Positions 9,580 through 18,207 of a stretch of DNA of 64,000 nucleotides are shown here, piece by piece. Within the stretch, counting starts at the first letter, position 1; each line of letters starts with the position of its first letter. The notes beneath the pieces were generated by a model. It was given only the letters and a program-made list of their open reading frames with translations. It did no database searches and was not told where the DNA came from. The position numbers and the translations under genes are program-made. Origin of the DNA: Thermoproteota archaeon (GTDB lineage: Archaea; Korarchaeota; Korarchaeia; B14-G2); contig JAVCBW010000034.1 in NCBI GenBank assembly GCA_037917675.1, forward strand, positions 32,001-96,000, in the 5' to 3' direction.

Positions 9580-10647
9580 GTGAGCCCCCTTCTCTCAGGT
9601 GGGTGCTTGAGTAGAGTCCTACTCAGCTTCAGAAGCTATGCTCTAGCTGAGAGGGAGGAGAGGCTGGAGGCTGAGGTTACGAGAGAGCTGGCCCTAAGCC
9701 TCTATAGTAAGATGGTGCTCTCTAGGGTCCTTGAAGAAGAGCTCAAGAGGAGGTATGAGAGCTTTGAGATGAGAGGTGAGCTCCACCTCAGCCGAGGCCA
9801 GGAGGCTATCCCAGCTGGAGTATGTGAGCTCCTATCTGACAGAGACTTCGTCTCAGCTACTCATAGGTGCATAGCTCATGCTGTATGTAAGGGGCTGCCA
9901 CTAGAGGGTATCATAGCAGAGCTGTATGGGAGGGCTTCAGGAGTCTGTAAGGGTAAGGGAGGCCCAATGCATCTTGCGAGCAGCAGCAAGAGGTTTCTGG
10001 CAACAGGCATAGTTGGAGGAGGGATCCCTATTGCTGTGGGAGCTGCGTTAGCCTTCAAGACACTCAGGGAGGACAGCGTTGCAGTAGCCTTCTTCGGAGA
10101 CGGAGCTGCAAACCAGGGTACATTCCATGAGTCCCTCAACCTAGCCTCCATATACAGGCTTCCAGTAGTCTTCGTCATCGAGGACAACCAGTATGCCTTC
10201 AGTACGAGGAGAAGTGAGTCGACTGCTATAGAGGACAACGCTATTAGAGCTCTAGGCTACAGGATGCCAGGCCTAGTTGTAGATGGGAATGATGCTATAG
10301 CAGTGTATGCAGCAGCAAGGTGGGCTATAGAGAGAGCTAGGAGGGGAGGGGGGCCAGCTCTGCTGGACTGCAAGACATATAGGCTGTCACCTCACCTCGA
10401 GGTAATAGACACAGAGGAGTATAGGCCTGGAGGAGAGAGGGAGAGGTGGGAGAGGCTTGACCCAGTCAGGAGGCTAGAGGAGAAGGCGGTAGGGCTGAAG
10501 CTGGCGTCAAGCGAGGACTTCGAGCAGATATGGTCTGAGTCTAGGGAGCTGGTCGAAGAAGCATTCAGGAGGGCTCTGAGCTCCCCTCTACCGAGCCAAG
10601 AGGAGGCTTTCTGCGACTTGTTCTCAGGTGAGTGCTATGCCACGTGA
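9580..10647 (+). CDS. TPP-dependent 2-oxoacid/acetoin dehydrogenase E1 alpha subunit
   Basis: GQEA, HR, GKGGPMH, GDGAANQG...EDNQYA TPP motif. Confidence 0.93.
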   Translation: MSPLLSGGCLSRVLLSFRSYALAEREERLEAEVTRELALSLYSKMVLSRVLEEELKRRYESFEMRGELHLSRGQEAIPAGVCELLSDRDFVSATHRCIAHAVCKGLPLEGIIAELYGRASGVCKGKGGPMHLASSSKRFLATGIVGGGIPIAVGAALAFKTLREDSVAVAFFGDGAANQGTFHESLNLASIYRLPVVFVIEDNQYAFSTRRSESTAIEDNAIRALGYRMPGLVVDGNDAIAVYAAARWAIERARRGGGPALLDCKTYRLSPHLEVIDTEEYRPGGERERWERLDPVRRLEEKAVGLKLASSEDFEQIWSESRELVEEAFRRALSSPLPSQEEAFCDLFSGECYAT

Positions 10648-11644
10648 GATAGCTATGTGGGAGGCCATAAACGAGGCCATGAGGCAGGAGATGGAGAGAG
10701 ATAGCAGGGTGATAGTGCTAGGAGAGGATGTAGGCAAGATGGGTGGGGTCTTCTGGTGTACTCAAGGCCTCCTAGAGCAGTTCGGGAGCTCCAGGGTAAT
10801 AGATACACCGATAAGCGAGGCTGGGTTCATGGGGATGGCTATCGGAGCAGCACTGATAGGGCTGAGGCCTATAGTAGAGCTCCAGCTCATAGACTTCTTC
10901 GGGGTGGCTTGGGACCAGATATACAACCACCTGGCTAAGATCAGGTACATGTCTGGAGGCCAGTTTAAGCTGCCAGTTGTGATAAGAGCTCCGATAGGAG
11001 GAGGCTACGGTGGCGCAGCACAGCACTCCCAGGTCCTGTACTCCATATTTGCTCACATCCCAGGGCTGAAGGTTGTAGCTCCATCAAACCCATATGACGC
11101 TAAGGGCCTGCTGATCTCAGCTATAAGATGCGATGACCCAGTCGTGTTCCTAGAGCATAAGCTCCTATATGGCCTATTCTATCTCCCACCAGGCTCCTTT
11201 GGAGAGGTACCTGAGGGCTCATATGAGCTCCCACTTGGGGAAGCTAGAGTGGCAGCTGAGGGAGACGATATCACGATAGTCGGGGTAGCATACACAGCAT
11301 ACATAGCTGAGAAGGCAGCTGAAGCTCTCAGAGAGCAGGATGTGAGCGCTGAGGTCATAGACCTAAGGACTCTAGTGCCACTAGACAAGCAGGCGCTCAG
11401 GAGGTCAGTGAGGAAGACAGGGAGGCTCCTCGTAGTAGATGAAGACTACCTCCCTTATGGGCTGACAGGTGAGGTCATAGCTACTGTAGCAGAGGACGCT
11501 GAGTCCTTTAGAGCGCTTAAGGCTCCTCCAGCTAGAATAGGGAACCCAGGTGTCCCAGTACCTTTCTCGGAGCCTCTGGAGCAAGCTGTTCTCCCATCCC
11601 AAGATAAGGTTGTAAGGGAAGCTCTAAAGGTGGTGAGGGGCTGA
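10628..11644 (+). CDS. 2-oxoacid/acetoin dehydrogenase E1 beta subunit
   Basis: GEDVG, DTPISEAG, AAQHSQ, PGLKVV, DDPVVFLEHK, IDLRTLVPLD. Confidence 0.94.
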   Translation: MSAMPREIAMWEAINEAMRQEMERDSRVIVLGEDVGKMGGVFWCTQGLLEQFGSSRVIDTPISEAGFMGMAIGAALIGLRPIVELQLIDFFGVAWDQIYNHLAKIRYMSGGQFKLPVVIRAPIGGGYGGAAQHSQVLYSIFAHIPGLKVVAPSNPYDAKGLLISAIRCDDPVVFLEHKLLYGLFYLPPGSFGEVPEGSYELPLGEARVAAEGDDITIVGVAYTAYIAEKAAEALREQDVSAEVIDLRTLVPLDKQALRRSVRKTGRLLVVDEDYLPYGLTGEVIATVAEDAESFRALKAPPARIGNPGVPVPFSEPLEQAVLPSQDKVVREALKVVRG

Positions 11645-11859
11645 GGGTAGCTGTCTCCCTAGCAGGCTAGCTTCATTGACGGCACATAGCTCTGCATGCT
11701 GTCAGAGTGCTGTTTAATCGCGGGCTCTGTGAGAGCAGCAGAGAGCTGAAGCTTGAGGATTGTAGCTCTAGATGTTATGTCGAGAACATAACCGGCATAT
11801 AGCTGAGAGAGGGGAGTCTTCCCCTCACGCTCGGGAAGCATGGTGTCTGGCTTCTATCT

Positions 11860-12006
11860 CTATGGGAGAAGCACTCGGAGGTGGGTTCTAGCCTTAGAAA
11901 GCCTCTTAGCTACATGGGATAGAGCTTTAGATGCTGCTGCAGCCACAGCTAGAAACAGGGAGATTAATAGCATTGCAAGAGGTATCGCTATAGCTGTGCC
12001 ATCCAT
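11860..12006 (-). CDS. Putative 48-aa single-pass membrane protein (not in ORF track)
   Basis: MDGTAIAIPLAMLLISLFLAVAAAASKALSHVAKRLSKARTHLRVLLP*; minus-strand TTTTTATAT box at about 12044-12052. Confidence 0.4.
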   Translation of the reverse strand: MDGTAIAIPLAMLLISLFLAVAAAASKALSHVAKRLSKARTHLRVLLP

Positions 12007-12089
12007 TAACTTTCACCACGTAGCTCTCGCTGGAGCTCAGCGCATATAAAAACTTTGGCTGGCAGTAGTCTCACTGGTATAGGGCACAT

Positions 12090-12650
12090 GTGGGTGGTGA
12101 GAGGTTGAAGGCAGATGTTGGAGACTACTTCCACAGGCTCCTACACCCTAGTCTCACAGTACTCTTGGTCTCAAAGAGCAGGGGGAAGGTCAATGTGATG
12201 GCATGTAGCTGGATAACTCCTGTAAGCGAGGATCCTCCTCTGGTAGCTGTAGCTGTAGGCAGAGAGTCTCTAACTAACCAGCTGATAAGAGAGTCAAGAG
12301 AGTTCACTGTGAACATCCCTCCAGCATCTATGCTGAGTCAGGTCTGGAAGGCTGGCACTACAAGTGGCAGGAGGGTTGATAAGGTCAGAGAGCTGGGCCT
12401 GAGGCTTTCAGACCCCAGGGCAGTGTCTACTCCAGTGATAGAGGGGTGTATGGCAAGCCTAGAGTGTGTGGTGGTCAGAGAGGTTGAGGCAGGAGAGTGT
12501 ACTCTATTCATAGGAGAGGTGAAAGCTGCCTATGCTGACAGAAGCCTCTTCAAGAGAGGCTTATGGGATCTGAGCAAGACAGATCTGCTACTCCACTTAG
12601 GGTCAAGGTACTTCACAGTCCCACGTGAGAGGCTTCAGCCTCCAAGGTAG
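12090..12650 (+). CDS. Flavin reductase-like (flavoredoxin) family protein
   Basis: NVMACSW, PPLVAVAV, EFTVNIP, SGRRVDK, LECVV..LFIGEV. Confidence 0.9.
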   Translation: MGGERLKADVGDYFHRLLHPSLTVLLVSKSRGKVNVMACSWITPVSEDPPLVAVAVGRESLTNQLIRESREFTVNIPPASMLSQVWKAGTTSGRRVDKVRELGLRLSDPRAVSTPVIEGCMASLECVVVREVEAGECTLFIGEVKAAYADRSLFKRGLWDLSKTDLLLHLGSRYFTVPRERLQPPR

Positions 12651-12986
12651 CTACTCCCCAAGCCTGATGACTCCCATGTCATCTAGGAAGTCTAGTATGC
12701 CATCAGCTACAGCTAGAGCCTTGACCCAGAGGCTAGCTTCGCTTGCTGCTGCAACAAGGATGCAGCAGGGGAAGTGCTCTAGGTAGGGTGCTTTTAGGAG
12801 CCTTTTTCCAGCAGCCTCAGCTACATCCTTCATGATGAAGGCTATGAACGTGGCTGCTAGAGCCACGTCATGCCCTGAAAGCTTAGATACGTAGAGCACC
12901 CATGCTGGAAGCCATATCAGGTACCAGACCACCCTCCCAGGCCCTCTATTCTTAGCTAAGAGCTTCTTAATCCTCACCATCCACAC
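12651..12986 (-). CDS. Hypothetical membrane protein
   Basis: Overlaps the ccdA stop; hydrophobic segments; EHFPCC motif. Confidence 0.6.
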   Translation of the reverse strand: MWMVRIKKLLAKNRGPGRVVWYLIWLPAWVLYVSKLSGHDVALAATFIAFIMKDVAEAAGKRLLKAPYLEHFPCCILVAAASEASLWVKALAVADGILDFLDDMGVIRLGE

Positions 12987-13627
12987 TATATGACCCCCTG
13001 AGCATGAGCTATCATATAGGCTCCTACAGCAACTAGAGTTGACCCAGCAACATGCTCCATGTATCTGCTTAGCTTAGCAAGCTTAGCTGTAACCGGCTTC
13101 CTTTCAGCTATCCCACCGACTATGAGGAATGGGAGACCTGCTCCAAGACTGAATGATAGCATGTATAGTGCAGCATTGAGCAGGTCAGCTGAGGCAGCCA
13201 TAGCTACAGCTGAGATGATCACAGGGCCAGCGCATGGCGCACCGATCAAGGCGAAGGCTAGCCCTATCATAAATGCCCCCAGAACTCCCTCTTTAGCTTC
13301 AGGCTGCCAGCCTAGCCTGTAGAAGATTTGTTTAAGTGGGCTGAGCACCACAGTGCCCATCAGGACTAGTAGAGCTCCTGAGGCTGTAGCTAGCCTGCTA
13401 TACTCTGCTATGAGCATGTGGCTCACATAGGATGCCAGCACCCCATAGGCTGTGAAGCTAGCTATTATCCCAAGCATGCAGGCTGCTCCAGCCAAGAGCC
13501 CTCTTCTGCCACGTGATGCAGCTAGGTAGGTGACGAATGTAGGCAGCACTGGGAAGAGGCATCCAGAGAAGGCTACGGAGACCCCCATTATGAATGCAGC
13601 AGGAAGCTCTGCAGCCTGCAAGCTCAC
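12986..13627 (-). CDS. ccdA: CcdA/DsbD-beta family thiol-disulfide membrane transporter
   Basis: Six TM helices with FSGCLFPVLP and APCAGP Cys motifs. Confidence 0.88.
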   Translation of the reverse strand: MSLQAAELPAAFIMGVSVAFSGCLFPVLPTFVTYLAASRGRRGLLAGAACMLGIIASFTAYGVLASYVSHMLIAEYSRLATASGALLVLMGTVVLSPLKQIFYRLGWQPEAKEGVLGAFMIGLAFALIGAPCAGPVIISAVAMAASADLLNAALYMLSFSLGAGLPFLIVGGIAERKPVTAKLAKLSRYMEHVAGSTLVAVGAYMIAHAQGVI

Positions 13628-14229
13628 CTCCTCTTAGCTAGAGCTATAGCAGCTGCTGCAGCAGCTAAGACAGCTAGAGATAGGGCAGCTGGCAGCAGCC
13701 TAGAGCCTCCAGCTTCCTCTGCTGCCGTGGTTTCCTCTGGAAGCTGCCCTATTAGCCTAGAGACCTCCCTGGACACCACGTCTGTGCTTGTAAGCCCCAC
13801 GTGGAACCATGCAATAACACCCTCTCTGTCTACTAGCACTAGAGTCGGTATAGCTTTGACACCATATGCTGAGCCAGCTGCCCCCTCTGGGTCTACTAGG
13901 ACTATCCACGTCATCCCTCTGCTCTCAGCGAACTCCCTGACCTTCTCTATGCTCTCACCGAGGTCCACGGAGATTATCACGAAGTCCTCTGGCGGGTACA
14001 TCCCCCTGAGCTCAGCTAGCCTAGGTATCATCGACCTGCATGGCCCACACCAGGTGGCGAAGAAGTCTAGGAGGACTACCTTCCCTCTGAAGCTGCTTAG
14101 AGCATACTCCTCTCCATCTATCCCCTCTAGCTTGAAGTCAGGTGCCTTAGAGCCTACTTCAGGCTGGCAGGCTGCTAGGGCTCCAGCAGCTGCCATCAGG
14201 GCTAGAGATGCTGCCAGCATAGCCTTCAA
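13624..14229 (-). CDS. TlpA/ResA-like membrane-anchored thioredoxin
   Basis: APDFKL, DFFATWCGPC, IPT; start reassigned to TTG 14229 or ATG 14220, downstream of a TATA-like box near 14260. Confidence 0.88.
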   Translation of the reverse strand: MKAMLAASLALMAAAGALAACQPEVGSKAPDFKLEGIDGEEYALSSFRGKVVLLDFFATWCGPCRSMIPRLAELRGMYPPEDFVIISVDLGESIEKVREFAESRGMTWIVLVDPEGAAGSAYGVKAIPTLVLVDREGVIAWFHVGLTSTDVVSREVSRLIGQLPEETTAAEEAGGSRLLPAALSLAVLAAAAAAIALAKRR

Positions 14230-14287
14230 GCCAGCACCAGCAGCAGGCTGGTGTACATGGTTAAAAGGTTTCTGGCAGCTATAGGCT

Positions 14288-15070
14288 CTAAGTGGTGTCA
14301 CCACACACGCAGAAGGCTTCGTTAAGCAGGTCATAAACCTCTCTCAGCCCCTCTCCTGTTACAGCTGAAGCTAGCGCCACCCTGCTTGCTGCCCTATACT
14401 TCACGAGCACCCCAGCTATCTCAGCTGCCATCTCTGCGATGACTCCGCCTGAATCAGACTGCACAGCTTCCATAGCCTCACTCTCATCCATCTCCTCAAC
14501 CATCCTCTTCAGGAGGACCCTCCTGTCATCTGGAAGCACATCCACCTTGTTCAGCACAGCTACCATTGGAGCTTCAAGCCTCAGCTCAACTGCCTTAGCT
14601 AGAGCTAGCGTCAGCACTGTCTCAGCTAAGGTTGATGGGAGAGCTGCATCTATCAGGAAAGCCCCTGCTACCCTAGCGTTCTCCTGGAGGTAAGAGACAA
14701 GCCTAGGCCCAGCCTCCCTGAAGGCGAATATCTCAAGCTGCCCAGGAGTGTCTATCAGCGTGACTCCAGCACCTGAGCTCCAAAGTGGAGCAAGAAGCTC
14801 ATCTGCTGTCTCAGCTATCCTCTCGACAGCTCTGACCTGAGCGCTATTAGGCCCAAGCCCCTCCTCCTTCATGATGCTCCTGACTGTGAAGTGCTCTCTG
14901 ATGTCGTAGTCTGGCTTATAGGGTAGGTACTCTGCTCCAGGATCCAGGTTGACTGCTAGGTGGCTCTCACCTATCTCAGCTAGCAGCTTGCTGAGTGCAG
15001 AAACCATCGTGGACTTACCTGCTCCAGCTGTGCCAAGCAGTAGGACGCATAGCATAGCCACCGCTATCAT
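14288..15070 (-). CDS. GPN-loop GTPase
   Basis: GTAGAGKS, NLDPG, GLGPN, DTPGQ and NKVD motifs. Confidence 0.92.
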   Translation of the reverse strand: MIAVAMLCVLLLGTAGAGKSTMVSALSKLLAEIGESHLAVNLDPGAEYLPYKPDYDIREHFTVRSIMKEEGLGPNSAQVRAVERIAETADELLAPLWSSGAGVTLIDTPGQLEIFAFREAGPRLVSYLQENARVAGAFLIDAALPSTLAETVLTLALAKAVELRLEAPMVAVLNKVDVLPDDRRVLLKRMVEEMDESEAMEAVQSDSGGVIAEMAAEIAGVLVKYRAASRVALASAVTGEGLREVYDLLNEAFCVCGDTT

Positions 15071-15127
15071 GTTATAGCCTCGACAGGCTTATTAACACTT
15101 ATATTTACCTGACCTTATGTCAGCATA

Positions 15128-15844
15128 GTGGTGAGAGGTATGGTGCCTCCGATAATCATGCAGATATGGCAGATGCTGGTAAGCTGGGTTCCAAGGCTGA
15201 TAGCTGTCATCATAATACTGCTGGTAGGCTGGATCATAGGGAGGCTGCTAGGCAAGGGTATCTCAAGGGTGCTTGACAAGGTGGGGCTAGATGATGCTCT
15301 GAGGAAGACCATATTAGGGAAGGCTATAGAGAAGTCTGGGATGAGCATAGTAGGCTTCTTCGACTTGATAGTGAGGCTCTTCGTCTACCTTGTAGCGATA
15401 TTCGCTGCAGTAGACTACCTGGGCATAGAGGTCCTCAGCGCGTACATGAAGGCTGTAGTAGAGTACCTGCCAAGCCTGCTAGCTGGCATCTTTGTGATCA
15501 TAGTAGGCTTCATAGTCTCAGACTTCATAGGGGACACGCTGGCTGCAGTAGGCAAGGAGGCTGAAGTAGCCTATGCCTCGCTGTTCGCTACAGGCCTGAA
15601 GTTCTTCCTCTACTTCATAATAATAGTCATAGGCCTCCAGATGATGAAGATCGACGTGAGCATAATATACCTGTTCGCTAAGGCAGCAGCTTGGGGTGCT
15701 GCAGTAGGCATCGGAGCAGGCTTAGGCATAGCAGTCGGGTGGGGCTTCAAGGACTATGTAGCCAGGAAGGCAGAAGAGTGGACTAAGACTCTATCAGAGG
15801 CGGCAAAGAAGGCAGAGGAGGGTGTTGGCAAGAAGGCTACTTGA
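15128..15844 (+). CDS. TM-helix repeat membrane protein (CmpX / MscS-associated type)
   Basis: Repeated [14 protein letters not shown] and [15 protein letters not shown] helices; [10 protein letters not shown] terminus. Confidence 0.8.
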   Translation: MVRGMVPPIIMQIWQMLVSWVPRLIAVIIILLVGWIIGRLLGKGISRVLDKVGLDDALRKTILGKAIEKSGMSIVGFFDLIVRLFVYLVAIFAAVDYLGIEVLSAYMKAVVEYLPSLLAGIFVIIVGFIVSDFIGDTLAAVGKEAEVAYASLFATGLKFFLYFIIIVIGLQMMKIDVSIIYLFAKAAAWGAAVGIGAGLGIAVGWGFKDYVARKAEEWTKTLSEAAKKAEEGVGKKAT

Positions 15845-17558
15845 GCATGGGCATTCTGATTCCCTCCTTTTTTACAGTCTGGATTGCCTTCTCATAGCCT
15901 GCGTCAGCATGCCTTACGACACCTATACCAGGGTCTACTGTAAAGACTCTGAGAGCTCTCTCCTCAGACTTCTCTGTACCATCTAAGACTAGGCTGAAGC
16001 CTGCATGTATGCTGTAGCCTATGCCTACTCCTCCACCATGGTGGACTGCGACCCATGTTGCGCCAGCTGCTGTGTTCAAGAGAGCATTGAGTATAGGCCA
16101 GTCTGCTACAGCATCTGAGCCATCCTTCATCCCCTCAGTCTCTCTCATCGGTGAGGCTACGCTGCCAGAGTCAAGGTGGTCTCTACCGACCCATATAGGC
16201 CCAGCTAGCTCCCCTCTCCTTACCATGTCATTTATCATCTTGCCGAACCTAGCTCTCTCACCGAAGCCAAGCCAGCAGACCCTAGCTGGGAGCCCCTGGA
16301 ACCTCACGTGCCTCCTAGCCTTCTCAATCCACCTACACAGCCTCTTGTTGTAGCTGAACTCACTTAGTATCGTGTCGTCGAGAGCATATATGTCCTTTGG
16401 CTCACCAACTAGGCTAGTCCACCTGAATGGTCCTCTACCCTCCTCGAACATAGGCCTTATGAAGGCTTGGACGAACCCTGGGAATGCAAATGCCTCAGCA
16501 TACCCTGCCTCATAAGCCATTCTCCTGATGTTGTTCCCGTACTCGAAGACGACACTGCCCTTCTTAGCGAACTCAACCATTGCTTCAACATGCTTCCTCA
16601 TCGACGCTAGAGCTCTCCTGACATACTCTCGTGGGTCGCTTTGCCTCAGCCTAGCAGCCTCCTCAACTGAAAGGCCTTCTGGGATGTATCCGCTAAGCGG
16701 GTCATGGGCTGCAGTCTGGTCTGTCACGACATCTGGTATCACACCTCTCCTGAGGAGCTCAGGGAATACTGTGGCAGCGTTGCCTAGAAGCCCTATGCTC
16801 AATGGCCTCCTCTTCTCCTTCGCTTCCAGAGCCATGTCTATAGCCTTGTCGAGGTCATCTGTCCACGTGTCTAGGAAGCCATGCCTGATTCTCCTCTCAA
16901 TCATCCTCCTGTCGACTTCAACTATCAGCCCAACGCCTCCATTCATCGTTATCGCTAGTGGCTGAGCTCCACCCATCTCACCTAAGCCAGCTGTCAAGAC
17001 AAGTCTCCCCTCGAGGCTTCCTCCAAAGTACATGTCTGCAGCATACCCGAATGTCTCATAGGTGCCCTGAAGTATCCCCTGTGTCCCTATGTAGTTCCAG
17101 CAGCCAGCTGTCATCTGCCCGAACATTATCAGCCCCCTCCTCTCAAGCTCCCAGAAGTGCTCCCAGGTAGCCCACTTAGGCACGAGCAGAGCGTTGGCAA
17201 AAAGTATCCTAGGAGCCATCTCATGGGTCTTGAACACAGCTACAGGCTTCCCACTCTGGATTACAAGGGTCTCATCAGGCTCCATGGTGAGCAGCGTGTC
17301 TACTATGGCCTCAAAGCACTCCCAGTTCCTAGCTGCCTTCCCAGTCCCACCGTACACAATGAGGTTCTTAGGGTCCTTAGCTACCTCAGGGTCAAGTACA
17401 TTGAATAGCATTCGTAGAGCTCCCTCAATCTGCCAGCTCTTACAGTGGAGCTCAGCTCCCTTGATCACATGAACCTCTCTCTTCTCAGGGTTATAGTAGC
17501 CTTTATCAACCAGAACCTTAAGAGGCCTCGCCTCAACAGCTAAAGCTCTCTCACTCAA
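15837..17558 (-). CDS. hutU: Urocanate hydratase
   Basis: [48 protein letters not shown]. Confidence 0.97.
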   Translation of the reverse strand: MSERALAVEARPLKVLVDKGYYNPEKREVHVIKGAELHCKSWQIEGALRMLFNVLDPEVAKDPKNLIVYGGTGKAARNWECFEAIVDTLLTMEPDETLVIQSGKPVAVFKTHEMAPRILFANALLVPKWATWEHFWELERRGLIMFGQMTAGCWNYIGTQGILQGTYETFGYAADMYFGGSLEGRLVLTAGLGEMGGAQPLAITMNGGVGLIVEVDRRMIERRIRHGFLDTWTDDLDKAIDMALEAKEKRRPLSIGLLGNAATVFPELLRRGVIPDVVTDQTAAHDPLSGYIPEGLSVEEAARLRQSDPREYVRRALASMRKHVEAMVEFAKKGSVVFEYGNNIRRMAYEAGYAEAFAFPGFVQAFIRPMFEEGRGPFRWTSLVGEPKDIYALDDTILSEFSYNKRLCRWIEKARRHVRFQGLPARVCWLGFGERARFGKMINDMVRRGELAGPIWVGRDHLDSGSVASPMRETEGMKDGSDAVADWPILNALLNTAAGATWVAVHHGGGVGIGYSIHAGFSLVLDGTEKSEERALRVFTVDPGIGVVRHADAGYEKAIQTVKKEGIRMPMLK

Positions 17559-18207
17559 GCTTACACCAGTCTACAACCATGCCAGCACTTAAAAACATAG
17601 CTGGCAGAGCTACAAAGCTTAAAGCAGGAGCTGGCCTACAGCTGGCATGCTCAAGGTCACAGGAGAGAAGCTCCCAATCTGATGGAGAGGGTACTTGTAG
17701 AGAGCGAAGCTGACGGAACCCATCCTATCTCCTTCGCTTGTGGAGGGATCTTCTACACATAGCTCACTTAAGCTCTCACTCATCAGCTAGCCCTGCTATC
17801 TTAGAGGTCAGAGCTGGCTAGGCTCCTCAACACTATGGCTTGCATCAGCTCTAGCAGATGAGAGAGTAGATGGCATGTTTACTCTATAGGAGCCGATGAG
17901 AGGAGGCTGAGAAGGCTCCCGAGAGCCTTAAGCAGATGGGGCTAGCAGGCTACATGGAGGTGGTGCCCAGAGATGTGAGAGCTGCTATAAGAGGCCTCCA
18001 CCTACTACTCAACTTAGCCTTCATAGGTGGAGGGAAAGAGGAGTACAGCGCCCATCTACGACTCCTGTCAGCTAGGCTCAGGAGGGGGTCTGCTGGCTCA
18101 CAGCGTGATATCACCACACATGAGCTAGCAGGCTTTCTCAGGGAGATGACAGAGGCACGCTGCTGGATGACGACGATACTACCAGCTGGCCAAGCAGGCA
18201 TAAGCTG

